Shown here in pieces: positions 1 through 13,201 of a stretch of 64,000 bases of DNA. Numbering within the stretch: position 1 is the stretch's first letter; the number at the start of each line of letters is the position of its first letter. Source of the DNA: Octopus vulgaris (lineage: Eukaryota); assembly GCA_951406725.2 (NCBI GenBank), contig OX597840.1, forward strand, positions 21,576,001 to 21,640,000, in the 5' to 3' direction. The notes under the pieces are model-generated. The model was not told where the DNA came from, did not search any database, and saw only the letters and a list, made by a program, of their open reading frames with translations. Both the position numbers and the translations under genes were made by a program.

Positions 1-951
1 ATATGCAGCAGTCATATAGATAAGATTTGCTTGCTCAAAGTAAGATTATTCCCTCTGCTTACCACCACTGCTGACACCTTGCAATAATTACATGAAATAC
101 AGTTACACACAACACCAACTGACATGATCTGTTTTCATCTGATATTACTGGCACACTAATAACTACTTACTATTTGGAACAACACCTGGTGTCGTCAAAT
201 TTCACAGGTGGCACACCAGCTGATACCATTGAACTGACCTGCCTACCATGCAGAACTAAATAGACCATCTGTTGTCATAGTTTTAGTATATAGTGAGTTT
301 AGTAACTCTTGTTCTATTCACATCATGGTTTCACATTGGTGTTCAAGTGGTAAGTCACAACACATTTCAACAGTTGTTGGCTTTCTCAACCACGACAGAA
401 ATTTATTGAAGCTCCAAGTCCCATGGACACCAGGATGAAACCCCGAAGCAAAGGTGATGACATTATATCAAACTTTTATACAGGCCCAGGTATGGCTGTG
501 TGGTTAAGAAGCTTGCTTCCTAACCATGGGGTTTTTGGTTCAGTTCCATTGTGCAGCACCCTGGGCAAATGTCTTCTACTTCAGCCTTGTGTGTGTGTGT
601 GTATTGTTTGGCCCTTATCACTACTTGACAACCTGTGTTGGTTTGTTCACATCCCTGTGTCTTAGTGGTCGAGTAAAAGAGACCAACAGTATAAGTCTCA
701 GGCTTAAAACTCTACCAGATCAGATTGGTGCCTGGTGCAGCCATCTGGTTCGCCAGTCCTCAGTCAAAATCGTCCAACCCATGCCAGCTTGGAAAGCGGA
801 TGTTAAACGATGGTGATGATGATGTACAGAAAGAGAAAGATAAGCAGCCAACATCTCTACTTAACTCATTCATAATTTGTGTGTGTGTGTGTGTGACTTT
901 GTGATATGTGATACATATGTATGTCAGATATTATAAAGGTGTGTGTATGTA

Positions 952-986
<35 letters not shown>

Positions 987-1011
987 TTTATTTTAAGCAG
1001 CAGAAAAATCA

Positions 1012-1062
1012 ACAAAATCTGTTACTCTGAGTTTCTCGTTGCTGTTCATCAGACAGTTTTGC
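1012..1062 (-). ncRNA. Hammerhead ribozyme-like motif, left-arm copy
   Basis: Reverse complement reads GCAAAACTGT-CTGATGA-ACAGCAACGA-GAAA-CTCAGAG-TA-ACAGATTTTGT; stem II disrupted. Confidence 0.55.
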
Positions 1063-1175
1063 TAGAATGGAACATATATATTAATTCAATCTATACTCTT
1101 ACAAACGCTACACCTTTATATATAATATAGCGTTTGTAATAGTATAGATTGAATTAATATATATGTTCCATTCTA

Positions 1176-1227
1176 GCAAAAACTGTCTGATGAACGGCAA
1201 CGAGAAACTCAGAGTAACAGATTTTGT
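1176..1227 (+). ncRNA. Minimal type I hammerhead ribozyme-like motif
   Basis: GCAAAAACTGT-CTGATGA(1187-1193)-A-CG-GCAA-CG-A-GAAA(1204-1207)-CTC-A-GAG-TA-ACAGATTTTGT: stem I 10 of 11 pairs, stem III ACTC/GAGT, GUA triplet, weak 2-bp stem II with GNRA loop. Confidence 0.7.
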
Positions 1228-1326
1228 TGATTTTTCTGCTGCTTAAAATAAAGCATATTACTCTACCACTGGTATTTGAGTACTCTTTTTTCCACCTTGT
1301 TTCACATTTATGTGTTTACTCCGGTC

Positions 1327-1365
<39 letters not shown>

Positions 1366-1566
1366 ATTTATGTATGTCATGCTATAGAGATGAGTGTGTG
1401 TTATAAGTGTTTGGCTACCTAAGTATCGTAATATAACCTGTGTTAGAGGCTGGATAGTAAGAACAAGGAAAAATACCCAGGAATGCACTAGGCATGCTAA
1501 GGTGCATATGTGATGGTGCTGTCAGTTGTCACTGTGCAAGACCTGACATATCAAGGTCATAACTAA

Positions 1567-1604
<38 letters not shown>

Positions 1605-2233
1605 GTAGGTCAATAGCTATTTGGTATCTGTTTGCTGGGCTGTGTGTGTGTGTGTGTGTCTCTTGTCATTTGCTGTAAAGGTATTCGTGTGTAATGATAT
1701 GCATTGGCATACTTTCTGCATTTGCATGGGTTATTGCCTTCTTTTTGTGTTGCTAAAACAATCTACCTTCTGTGGTTCTACTTAATCTGGTCATTGGACT
1801 GCGGCCATACTGAGACACCACCGCAAAAGGTTTTGATGGAACGAATCGACCCCAGTTTTTAGGTTTTTCTTTCCCTTTTTTTTTTTAAACCTGGTACTTA
1901 TTCTGTCACTCCCTTTTGCTGAGCCATTAGGTTACAGAGATGTAAACAAACCAACACCAATTATCAAGCATTGCGGGAGACAAACACACACACATGCACA
2001 CACACAAACACGTGTGTGGGTGTATGAAGCCTTCTTTCAGTTTCTATTTACCAAGTCCACTCAGAAGGCTTTGATCAGACCAGGGCGACAATAGAAGACA
2101 CCTGCCCAAGGTGCCATGTCGTGGGACTGAACCCAGAACCTTGTGACTGGAAACAAACATCTTAACACATAACCATACTTGCACCATTGACCCTTTTTTC
2201 TTTTTCTTCTATTGTGTCAATTAGGTAGGATAT

Positions 2234-2436
2234 TACTCTTTTACTTGTTTCAGTCATTTGACTGCAGCCATGCTGGAGCACCGCCTTTAGTCGAGCAAAT
2301 TGACCCTGGGATTTATTCTTTGTAAGCCCAGTACTTATTCTATCGGTCTCTTTTGCTGAACCGCTAAGTGACGGGGACATAAACACACCAGCATCGGTTG
2401 TCAAGCAATGCTAGGGGGACAAACACAGACACACAC

Positions 2437-2487
<51 letters not shown>

Positions 2488-2647
2488 TACGACAGGCTTC
2501 TTTCAGTTTCCATCTACCAAATCCACTCACAAGGCATTGGTCGGCCCAGGGCTATAGCAGAAGACACTTGCCCAAGATGCCACGCAGTGGGACTGAACCC
2601 GGAACCATGTGGTTGGTTAGCAAGCTACTTACCACACAGCCACTCCT
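2234..2647 (-). mobile_element. tRNA-derived SINE, family A (near full length)
   Basis: Minus strand begins GGAGTGGCTGTGTGGTAAG (A-box) and GGTTCAGTCCC (B-box-like), has an internal (TA/TG)n and ends TGACTGAAACAAGTAAAAGAGT; many homologous copies in the window. Confidence 0.85.
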
Positions 2648-2961
2648 TAGTTTGCACTTGATACCATGTAACCAAGACTAGCAGAACACTTTTAGACTAG
2701 TGATCACCAATTCTTCACAAAAGCATTATAGAAGCACATTTAATAGGTGCAGGGATGGCCCTGTGGTAAGCAGTTTGCTTCCCAACCATGTTTAGTTCCA
2801 CTGCATGGTACCTGGGACAAGTGTCTTTGATGATGACTCGGGGTTGACCAAAGACTTTGTGAATGCATTTGATAGACGGAAACTGAAAGAAGCCCATCAT
2901 ATAATGTGTGTGTGTGTTATTGATAATAAACCATATAGTATAAACCAGTTGTTTAGTACAA

Positions 2962-3390
2962 TTCTATATTTAAGAGATGAAGAATTATTTACATTTGACG
3001 GATATTTGTCCTCCTCCTGTTTGTTGTTAACACAACGTTTCGGCTGATATACCCTCCAGCCTTCATCATTTAAGGCAGTGCTCCAGCATGGCTACAAGTA
3101 AAAGAGTAAAAGGTATATGAAGGGTGGTGTGGTTGAGAAGCTAGCTTCCCAGATTCATCGTTTCAGGTTCAATCCCTGGGTAAGTGTCTTCTTGTGATTA
3201 GAGGGAAGCTGCGGGTGGGGATGGTCATATATGTTCTATATTGAAGAGATGAGGAATTATGTACATTATTTACATTATTTACATTTGACGGATATGTGTC
3301 TTCATCTTGTTTCGGCTGATCTACCCTCCAGCCTTCATCAGGTGTCCTGGGGAAATTTCGAACCTGGGGTCTCATTCCTAAGGTATTTTT
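2962..3390 (-). mobile_element. Two partial copies (2962-3068, 3234-3390) of a hammerhead-bearing repeat
   Basis: Shared sequence; minus-strand core (C)TGATGA-A-GGCTG-loop-CAGCC-GAAAC in both copies. Confidence 0.65.
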
Positions 3391-4352
3391 CAGTGTTACT
3401 ACTGCTGCTGCCACCTGTATGCATAGGAAAGTGGACATGAAACTTTTAATTAGGCAATTAGACTGTCCCAGTCTGTTCCAGTTCCAAGTGGAGCAAATGC
3501 TTGCTGTGTGTCACCGTGTGATGACCGACCCCTAGGAAGGAGGAGCCAGGAAATACATTGGATGTTCCCGTAAAAGAAAATTAAAAGGGACAATAAACAG
3601 GGCCTTTGAGCATAATTCTGCCCCGTCACAGTTGACTGGAGTTAAATCATAATATTCTACGTAGGCCTGTTTCAAAAGGATTGCCTGTAGGTGTGGGTGG
3701 GCTGTTACATAACGAACGTAACAACGCTAATTAACGTTATAGAAAATATTTAATCTGTTGCTGAAATACAAAGGAATTTGGAGCAACATGTGGGAACTAT
3801 CAAAACCAGCGTCTGTGTGTGCTTACATGTGTGTATATATGTAGGTGTATGCAAGAGTGTGTGCTTACATGTGTGTATATATGTAGGTGTATGCAAGAGT
3901 GTGTGCCTATTTACATACAGTGCACATATGTCTGTATGTGTCTACGTGACTGTATTTATGTGCGGGTGGGTGGGTCTTGCACACCCACACACATTCATTA
4001 CCAGTAATATGGTGATTATCACTGTAATTATTACGATTTAATCAACCATTCAATAGATAAATTTTGATTATAAAACAACCAGCCCTGAATACAGCAGCTG
4101 GAAAATCAGAGGTCACCGAGGCTGCTTCTGCTGTTGCAGCTATTTAAATAATTCTTGTTTGATTTGACACCTTTTTTTTCTTCTTTTTAATGAATGACAA
4201 AATAACGACCAAACATGCCTCCTTCTGTAGTTTCTCTACCACCACATCATCATCAATTGCCTTTCAAAACAATATTTCTTGTGTAACAGAGCGAGTGTGT
4301 GTTGTGCACGCATGGTTTTCTCTGTGTGTACATACACACACACAAGAACTTT

Positions 4353-4402
<50 letters not shown>

Positions 4403-4422
4403 TTATTATTATTATTATTATT
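4353..4422. repeat. (TAC)n(TAT)n microsatellite
   Basis: Direct reading. Confidence 0.95.
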
Positions 4423-4564
4423 GTTCTTTTCTACTCTAGGCACAAGGCCTGGAATTTTGGGTTAGGGGGGTACTTGATTTATCGACCCTGAAAGGATGAA
4501 AGGCAAAGTTGACCTCGGCGGAATTTGAACTCAGAATGTAAAGACAGATGAAATACTGCTAAGC

Positions 4565-4598
<34 letters not shown>

Positions 4599-4714
4599 AA
4601 TGTAGTGAGCTGGTAGAACCATAAGCACACCGGGCAAAATGCTTAGTGGCATATTGTCTGCCTTCGTGTTCTGAGCTCAAATTACACCAAAGTCAACTTT
4701 GCCTTTCGTCCTTT

Positions 4715-5036
4715 CATCATCATCATCGTTTAACGTCCGTTTTCCATGCTAGCATGGGTTGGACGGTTCAACTGGGGTCTGGACTGCCAGGAGGCTGCAC
4801 CAGGCTCCAGTCTGATCTGGCAGAGATTTTACAGCTGGATGCCCTTCCTAACGCCAACCACTCCATGAGTGTAGTGGGTGCCTTTTATGTGCCACCGACA
4901 CAGGTGCCAGACGAGGCTGGCGAACGGCCATACTCGGATGGTGCTTTTTACGTGCCACTGGCACGGAGGCCAGGCGAGGCTGGCACGGCCACGATCAGAT
5001 GGTGTTTGTTATATGCCACCAGCACGGAGGCCAAGC
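4715..5036 (-). mobile_element. Retroposon family C 3' part with (GAT)n tail, nested in a family B SINE
   Basis: CATCATCATCATCGTTTAACGTCCG...GGATGCCCTTCCTAACGCCAACC shared with copies near 23017, 25200, 27971 and 62670; family B sequence resumes at AAGTACCAGTT. Confidence 0.75.
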
Positions 5037-5120
5037 AAGTACCAGTTGTGTACTGGGGTTTGATGTAATCAACTAGTCCCCTCCCCACAAATTTCAGGCC
5101 TTGTGCCTATAATAGCAAGG

Positions 5121-5156
<36 letters not shown>

Positions 5157-5328
5157 GAGGTCGACTTTGTCTTTCATCCTTTTGGGGTTGATTAAATAAG
5201 TACCAGTTACGCACTGGGGTCGATATAATAGACTTAATCCGTTTGTCTGTCCTTGTTTGTCCCCTCTGTGTTTAGCCTCTTGTGGGTAGTAAAGAAATAA
5301 AAAAAATTATCATCATTATTATTATTAT

Positions 5329-5359
<31 letters not shown>

Positions 5360-7252
5360 TTTGGTTTCAAATTTTGCACAAGGCCAGCAAATTCAGGGGA
5401 GAGAGTAAGTTGACTGCATTGACCCCTCCCCCTTCCCGCCCCCAATGCTGGTTCTTTTTTTATCAAACCCCAAAAAGATGAAAGGCAAAAAGTTGACCCT
5501 TTGTTGAATTTAAACTCAGAACATAAAGATGGACGAAATGTTGTTCAGCCATTTTGTTTGGCCCAATAAATAATTCTGCATGGGTCCCTCTCGCTCCTGA
5601 CTCCCATCAGGGCTCTGTTTGATCCTGCAGACTTAGAGAGCATAGTTCGTTGGTTGGAACAACTGAGTTCGAACCCACAACCCTCAAATTTTTTGTTGCA
5701 GATCACGCCATCTCTCTGTCTGGTTGTTCAACCCACACTCATTAATCATACACGGTGTACTCTGCCAGTCTGAACATGTTATATACACTCTCTCTCCTTG
5801 CTTCTACTCTATTCCTGGATGCCTCTTGTTGTTGTTGATAAAAGACCTCTGGCACAGAGGCAATAACCGATGTACAAAGCGTGTCATATCTTGCCTCTGT
5901 CTAACTGACCACCATACTGCAGCCTAAACACATAGTGGTTCATCATTGTAGGGAGTACGGTGTGACCACCTGAACTCGTTATACTACCCCCACCTCCCAC
6001 CAATTATCTACCCTGTCTCTGTATCGTTTATCGTTTACTTGTTTCAGTCATTAGACTGCAGCCATCATGGGGCACTACTTAGAAGAATTTTTTTAATCCA
6101 AGGAATCAACCCCTTACTTATTTTCCAGTGTGGTACTCATTTTATCAATCTCTTTTGCCAAACCCCTAAGTTGTGAGGATGTAAACACACCAACACCGGT
6201 TGTCAAGTGATAGTGGGGAACAAACAAAGGCACATGCATGTGTGCACACACACACATACACATGCATCCACACACATATATATGTGTATAATTGATGGGT
6301 TTCTTTCAGTTTCCGTCTACCAAATCCAGTCAGAAGGCTTTGGTCAGCCCAAAGCTATAGTAGAAGAGACTTGCCCAAGGTGTCACACGGTGCCATGGGG
6401 TTGAGAAACAAGCTTCTTACAGTCATACAGTCATGAGAAAATCATATCTTTAATGGATTATTACTCCATGCATTACTGGTAATCATTTCTAGTCTGCTTT
6501 ATAGATAATCTGCCTGGATTAATTATGATTTTATTTAACATACTCCCCTCTCAGAACTTGAAAGGTTGGACCTCCAACCAGGCCTTACACAATACCCAGG
6601 AACTTTTCAGTACTTCACTTGTGTGTGTGTGTAAAAATGCATGCTATGGGTTTCACAACTCTTTGGTTGGCCCAGAGCTATAGTGGAAGATACTTGCCTA
6701 AGGTGCTGTGTAGTGAGATTGAACCAAAGACCACATGGCTGGGAAGCAAACTTCTTACCACACCTCTACACATATATACACTGCTTTATATAGAATTCAC
6801 TGCTGTGCTCTTTGAATTAATTAAAATGTTGCCTGGTCTGCTGAGACTGGCCTCGTCATCATGGGAGAGATTTCATCATTTCCCTGCTTTGGATTCTGAA
6901 CGAGTATCAATCCTGTGGATATTTGTGATTAAGAATATATTTGTTTGTTTTTCTTGCTTTTGATTAAACCTGGAATTAAATTGCTGCGTGTGTTTGTGTG
7001 TGTGTGTGTGTCTAAAGAATTGTGTGTTTGATGTGATGGGATTATTTACGTTGTGTAAGGCTCCCGTGTCTCTCTCCTGGGTTTCATGCAATAAAACTAG
7101 AGCTAAGCACTGGTTCTTAAAAAAAGGATCCTGGGCGTATGTATGTGTGTGTTCATATGTGAGGGGTCTATATACATGTCTATATATGGGGGTGTATGTG
7201 TGGTTGCGTATATATATGTATGCATGGGTATGTGGATATATGTGTATATGGA

Positions 7253-7289
<37 letters not shown>

Positions 7290-7545
7290 ATAAAGATGTT
7301 TACATATATTTATGCACATATATGTAAACACACATAAATTTTTATTTGTTGAATAGGGCTCAATTGGTTCTTCAAATCTAATGTTCAATCCAAACATGGT
7401 TATACACACACACACACACACACACATTATTTAAGTCTTCTCTCTTACAATCATTTCCACTTATTTAAGTTTTTTTTAAGTACCACTTGAAAAAAAATAG
7501 CTAAGTAGGTTGAAAGAATCATAGCAAGGAGTCTTGAATGTTTTT

Positions 7546-7609
<64 letters not shown>

Positions 7610-8187
7610 AATGGCATGGGAAAGATACCCAGGGATGCCTGCCGCATGTAGACTTTAAATTAAGTAAACACTGGCACACTAGACATAATTTGAATTATAA
7701 AATATAATTAAGAAATTATAACTAATTAGATTTATTCAAAAGGTAACCCTAAAATTTTAGTGGGTGGCAGGGGTGGCTGTGTGGTAAGGAGTTTGCTTCC
7801 AACCCATATGGTTCTTAGTTCAGTCTCACAGCATGGCACCTTGGGCAGGTGTCTTCTACTATAGCCTTGAGCTGACCAAAGCCTTTTGAGTGGATTTGGT
7901 TGATGGAAACTGAAAGAAGCCCATTATGTGTGCAGGTATCTATATGTCCGTGTCTTTGTGTCTGAATTTGTCCTCCACCTCCGCTTGAAAACTGGTGGCA
8001 GTGTGTTTATGTCCCTGTAACTTAGCAGTTCACTAAAAGGGATCAAGAGAGTAAGTATCAAGCTTAAAAAAAAATAAAAGTACTAGGGTTGATTTATTTG
8101 ACTAAAATTTTTTCAAAGCAGTGCTCCAGCATGGCCATAGTCTAATGACAGGAACAAGTAGAAGATAAAAGATAAATAAAAAGTACA

Positions 8188-8390
8188 ATGGCCTAGTGGT
8201 TAGGGCAGCGGACTCGCGGTCGCAGGATCGCGGTTTCGATTCTCAGACCGGGCGTTGTGTGTGTTTATTGAGCGAAAACACCTAAAAGCTCTACGAGGCT
8301 CCGGCAGGGGGTGGTGATCCCTGCTGTACTCTTTCACCACAATGGCGGTGCCCCAGCATGGCCACAGCTCAAGAGCTGAAACTGGAAAAA
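8188..8390 (+). mobile_element. tRNA-derived SINE, family D
   Basis: A-box TGGCCTAGTGG, B-box-like GGTTTCGATTC; 3' end GGCGGTGCCCCAGCATGGCCACAG shared with family A; related heads near 20077, 42825 and 62957. Confidence 0.7.
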
Positions 8391-8606
8391 CAAAAAAAAC
8401 AAAAAACAAACAAACATAGAATGGGGTCAACTTTGTTCTGAGGTCATTTGGAGAACTTCCCCAAGTTAGACTAGGCTTTGCTGATGTGGTCTAATAAGAC
8501 TGAAACATACTGGGGTGGCCATGTACTATTAAAGGTCACCGAATCACGTATTTAATTTGTTCTTTTCAATCAAGTTGGAATTTTAATTAAAGTTTTGTGA
8601 CTTACT

Positions 8607-8632
8607 GCATTAAGCATGTTAGCATTCAACTC

Positions 8633-8668
<36 letters not shown>

Positions 8669-8727
8669 CACAAACATACATGAGTGTATATACATACATT
8701 CATACAAAGATTATATATATAACTATG

Positions 8728-8774
<47 letters not shown>

Positions 8775-8800
8775 GAGTTGAATGCTAACATGCTTAATGC
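8607..8800. repeat. Inverted repeat (31-bp unique arms) around a (TA)n-rich spacer
   Basis: GCATTAAGCATGTTAGCATTCAACTCCACTA (8607-8637) and its exact reverse complement at 8770-8800. Confidence 0.9.
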
Positions 8801-8827
8801 CGTATATATATATGAGACCAAAGATAT

Positions 8828-8858
<31 letters not shown>

Positions 8859-11800
8859 ATCTGTGTATGAATGTCTGTATATACACACATGTATGTTTGT
8901 GTGAGTGTGTGTATATATATATATATATATACACATACACACACACGTGTGCATGTGTGTATATACATGTGTATGTATGTATGCATGCGTATGCCTGTGT
9001 ATGTATATATGGGTGTGTACATGTGTGTATATAAAGCATACGCATATACATACACACACACACACATACACATACATACACCATAGGCAGAGAGAGAGAG
9101 AGAGAGAGAGAGAGTGATGTGAGTTGATGGGAAACTAATTATGGTGACTTCCTTTAATACTCTCAGTCGCCTCCCTTCTTTATACTCATTACGAAATCAC
9201 TTCGTAATCAACTAAGTGCTTATATACGGGGGTGTGTATATATATATATATATAGAATAACTTGGAATAACTTAGAATAACTTGGAGAGGTTTTGGCCAG
9301 TGTTGGCCCAGGCCATGACTAACTTAATAGCACCACCTATATATATACATATATATATAACTCTTTTACTTGTTTCAATCATTTGACTGCGGCCATGCTG
9401 GAGCACCGCCTTTAATCGAGCAAATCGACCCCGGGACTTATTCTTTGTAAGCCCAGTACTTATTCTATCGGTCTCTTTTGCCGAACCGCTAAGTGACGGG
9501 GACATAAACACACCAGCATCGGTTGTCAAGCGATGTTGGGGGGACAAACACAGACACACAAACACATACACACACATACATATATATATATATCTATATA
9601 CATACATATATACGACAGGCTTCGTTCAGTTTCATACACACACACACACATACATACATACGAAAAAAAAATGTCCTTTTAGAAGAATGGTGTTAACAGT
9701 GACTTCAAAGGTTTATCCTGTTGAGCCTTCATCAGACAGTCTGAAACTGTCGATGCTATTCTTGTTAAAGAGAAGAAAATAAACAGAGATATTTACTTTT
9801 CAGAAAATATTGAGTAATCCTTCAGTTTAATGGAAATTGCTTTTTTTTTTTTTATTTTATAACTTTCCATGAAAACAAACATTTCATAGGAATAAACAAA
9901 TGTGTTTTGAACTTCGTTATTTGACTGCTATTTCTGCTAATTGATGTCCTCTCATAGCTGAGCGTGTAATAATTGTCTCTTCTTCTCTTATCCCAATGTC
10001 TTATAACCGTTCTCTTCTCGACTGATGCTTCGTACTGAGGAGGCATGTGTTGTGTATCGAGTTCTAAGCACCAGGTTGTTAGCTCTGCACTGCCAAAGCG
10101 AAATATTAAAATATAATCCTGTTATGTTGTTATGCGTGTTGGGCATGTGTCGATGTAATCAAACACTCCAAATATCCTGTGAACAGAAAGTTTAGTATTT
10201 CTGGAATTCCTTGCATTCAGAAATTGCTCAACTTATCACTTTACGCAGTCGAAATACCTCACGGTACCTTACCATTCCTTGCTGCTGCATTCTGTCAGTT
10301 AATGGGGGGGGGTGCTGTCTGGTCATTCATTCTGCTAGAAATAGCAGTGAAATCTTCCTCAGCCCTGTCTTTTGATAAAAGGTGACATATGGCTGTTCAG
10401 TTTTTGCTGAATGGCTTGCAGGAAAGATTTGTTCATAGTGACCAACTGTATGTGCTGGACATTAGCTGGCTCTCACCACCATCGGATCGACATTGCCTGT
10501 ACCGGTGCACAAGTTCCCCACATGTCAGATGACGAAATGATTGCAGCGCAACATGAGATGAAGGGTTTTGCTAAAGAACACAATGTGCTGCCTGATCTGG
10601 GGATTGAACCTACAATCTAGCCATCATGAGTGCAATACCCTAACCACCAGGCCAGCCATGTGCTCTTGGGTTCAGTCCCACTCCGTGGCACCTAGGGCAA
10701 GTGCCTTCTGCTATAGGCCTGGGCTGACCAAAGCCTTGTGAGTGGATTTGGTAAATGGAAACTGAAGGAAACCCATCATATATGTGTGTGTGTTGTGTTT
10801 GTTCCCCACCACTCCTTGACAACTGGTGTTGGTTTGTTTATGTCTACATAACTTAGATATTTGATAGAATAAGTACCAGCCTTAAGAAGTAAGTACTGTG
10901 CAACTAATCTGTCCTGTTGGTGCTCCAGCATGGCTGCAGTCCTGTGACTAAAACATTTTTTAAAATAGAAAAAAGTAAAAAAAAAAAAAAAAAAAGCAGA
11001 AAAAACCCTGCTCCCTTAAAAAGGATAACACACCATTATTAGATAATGTAGCAGTCCAGGATACCTTGTTCCCAAGGAAGGAAAAGAAAGAATCTTTAGA
11101 TTAGGGGTTACTCTTTACTCTTACTCTCTTTTACTTAAATCCCTAATTTACTATTTTGTTACATGAGCCCCCAAAAATTTTATACGGCCCCTCAGATATC
11201 ATATGGACCCCAGTTAACTGGTGCTTTAGATCACAGGCCTGGTTGTAGTTTTTGTATGTCAATGTTGTTTTTGTTTGTTCCTTCTCAAGCCATGCCTGGC
11301 TCAAAAGGGGCCAGTTTCCTTGGTGTATAGGCTCTCCACCTAGATGGGACACTGGTCCGTCATAGGTGAGCTGCAAGATGAAAGAATGAGAGCAAGTTGT
11401 GGCGAAAGAGTCCGCAGAAGTTTGCCATTGCCTTCTGCTGGAGCCGCGTGGAGCTTAGGTAGGACTGTACCTGGAACCCTGCAGTTGGGGAGCAAACTTC
11501 TTATCACCCAGCCACGCCTGTGGCCCACTTGTTTGATTTTAATTTTTTTTTCTTCTTTTATTTACATCACTCAGTTCAAGGAGGGACAGCAGTGCCCCAG
11601 GCTCTTTACCATCCCTCCAATATAAGGGGCTGGAGGAAGACCTTTACCTTGAGACTGGCAGTTTAACTTGGATGGTTACAACAGAGGGTACTCTGCTAAA
11701 AGTACCCGAGGTCGGGTCAGGGTACCTAAACTGCAGAACAGATTGTCTGCCACCCAAGAGCAGGAACGATTCCTCTGACAGGCATTCTTCACTCACAAAT

Positions 11801-11912
11801 CTTTGATCAATTTGAGTCTGTGGCTGAAGATAATTTGTTGTGTGTCTGCAGGGTTGTGGTTGTAGTGTGTTAGTGTGTGTGTGAGGTGCTTGTAATGTCT
11901 TGGAAAGGGGCT

Positions 11913-12140
11913 TTAACCCTTTCGTTACCAACCTGGCTGAAACCGGCTCTGGCTCTGAGTACAAATGTCTTATTTTCATAGATTTTGAATTAAAATCTTC
12001 CACCAAACCTTAGTCACAATTTATGTTCCTAAAACTAGCTTAATCATAACTAAGTTATTTTACTAAATTCTTTGTTATATTCAAAGTAATTGAAAGAAAC
12101 ACGGAGCATCTCAACAGAAATACAGTAACGATAGAGTTAA
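11913..12140 (+). mobile_element. piggyBac-type MITE
   Basis: TTAA on both flanks, termini CCCTTTCGTTAC...GTAACGATAGAG; full homologue at 35142-35369, partial copies near 17050-17222 and 26290-26510. Confidence 0.8.
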
Positions 12141-12839
12141 TGTGTTGTAGGGTGGTTGTGTGTGTGTGGGGGGGTTTGTAGTATGTGTATGGTGGGGTGG
12201 CTGTTGTGGGTGTGTCTGGGAGGTGTTACAGTGTGCTGGTAGGATGATGGCTGTTGTATAGCATCTGCCGGGTGGTAGTCGTAGTGTGTCTGCAGGTTTG
12301 CTGGTTGTTGTTGCCACTGTTGTAGTAAGCGGATGTGCATCTATCCCAGATGTGCGAACAATAAATTGTTCGTTGGGACACACACACACACACACACACA
12401 ATCCATGTTTTATCTTACACACATTAACACAAACATCGCAAGATAATGTTGACCCAGTTTCACTTCTATTAATATTTGTTTTTCGACTGAATTATTAAAG
12501 ATATTGATAAACTCCAGCAATGTGGGGTAGTGTCATGGTAGATGTTTATTTCTACCACACCCATGATCTCCCCACCGCTCTCTCTCTCTCTCCCAGTCTC
12601 CCCTCCACCTTCAATCTTTCTCCCTCTTAATTGTCTGTGATGAATTGTTAATGATATTAATTACTAACCTCACTCTTGTCCTTATTGTAGATTTCCTCCC
12701 CATTGTGTCAATCCTCTGCAGTTCTATTCACACCTTCTTTCTCTGGACAGGTATTGACTTACAGGTGTTCAACCTTTACATAAATCTCACCTGCCTCCAG
12801 GTGCCTGTGAGGGGCATGAATGCAGGACATAAAATATAT

Positions 12840-13201
12840 CTCTTTTACTCTTTTACTTGTTTCAGTCATTTGACTGCGGCCATGCTGGAGCAACGCCTTT
12901 CATCGAGCAACTCGACCCCGGGACTTATTCTTTTGTAAGCCCAGTACTTATTCTATCGGTCCCTTTTGCCGAACCACTAAGTTACGGGGACGTAAACACA
13001 CCGGCATCGATTGTCAAGCAATGCTAGGGAGACAAACACAGACACACATACATACACGCACACACATATATACACATATACACGACGGGCTTCTTTCAGT
13101 TTCCGTCTACCAAATCCACTCACAAGGCTTTGGTCGGCCCGAGGCTATAGTAGAAGACACTTGTCCAAGGTGCCACGCAGTGGGACTGAACCCAGAACCA
13201 T
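12840..13201 (-). mobile_element. SINE family A, 5'-truncated
   Basis: High identity to 2234-2647. Confidence 0.85.

Larger units (their letters stand above)
986..1326. mobile_element. Fold-back element (125-bp inverted arms plus ~70-bp unpaired tail) in (TA)n; Penelope-like pLTR remnant
   Basis: 986-1110 is a near-perfect reverse complement of 1128-1253 (17-nt loop); flanked by (TA)n on both sides; each arm carries a hammerhead core. Confidence 0.75.

Noticed and set aside
8188-8262. Possible tRNA gene
   Set aside because: Has A/B boxes but no complete cloverleaf and runs into a SINE body
9700-9760. CTGATGAAGGC on the minus strand as another hammerhead
   Set aside because: No pairing stem II or correctly placed GAAA/UH
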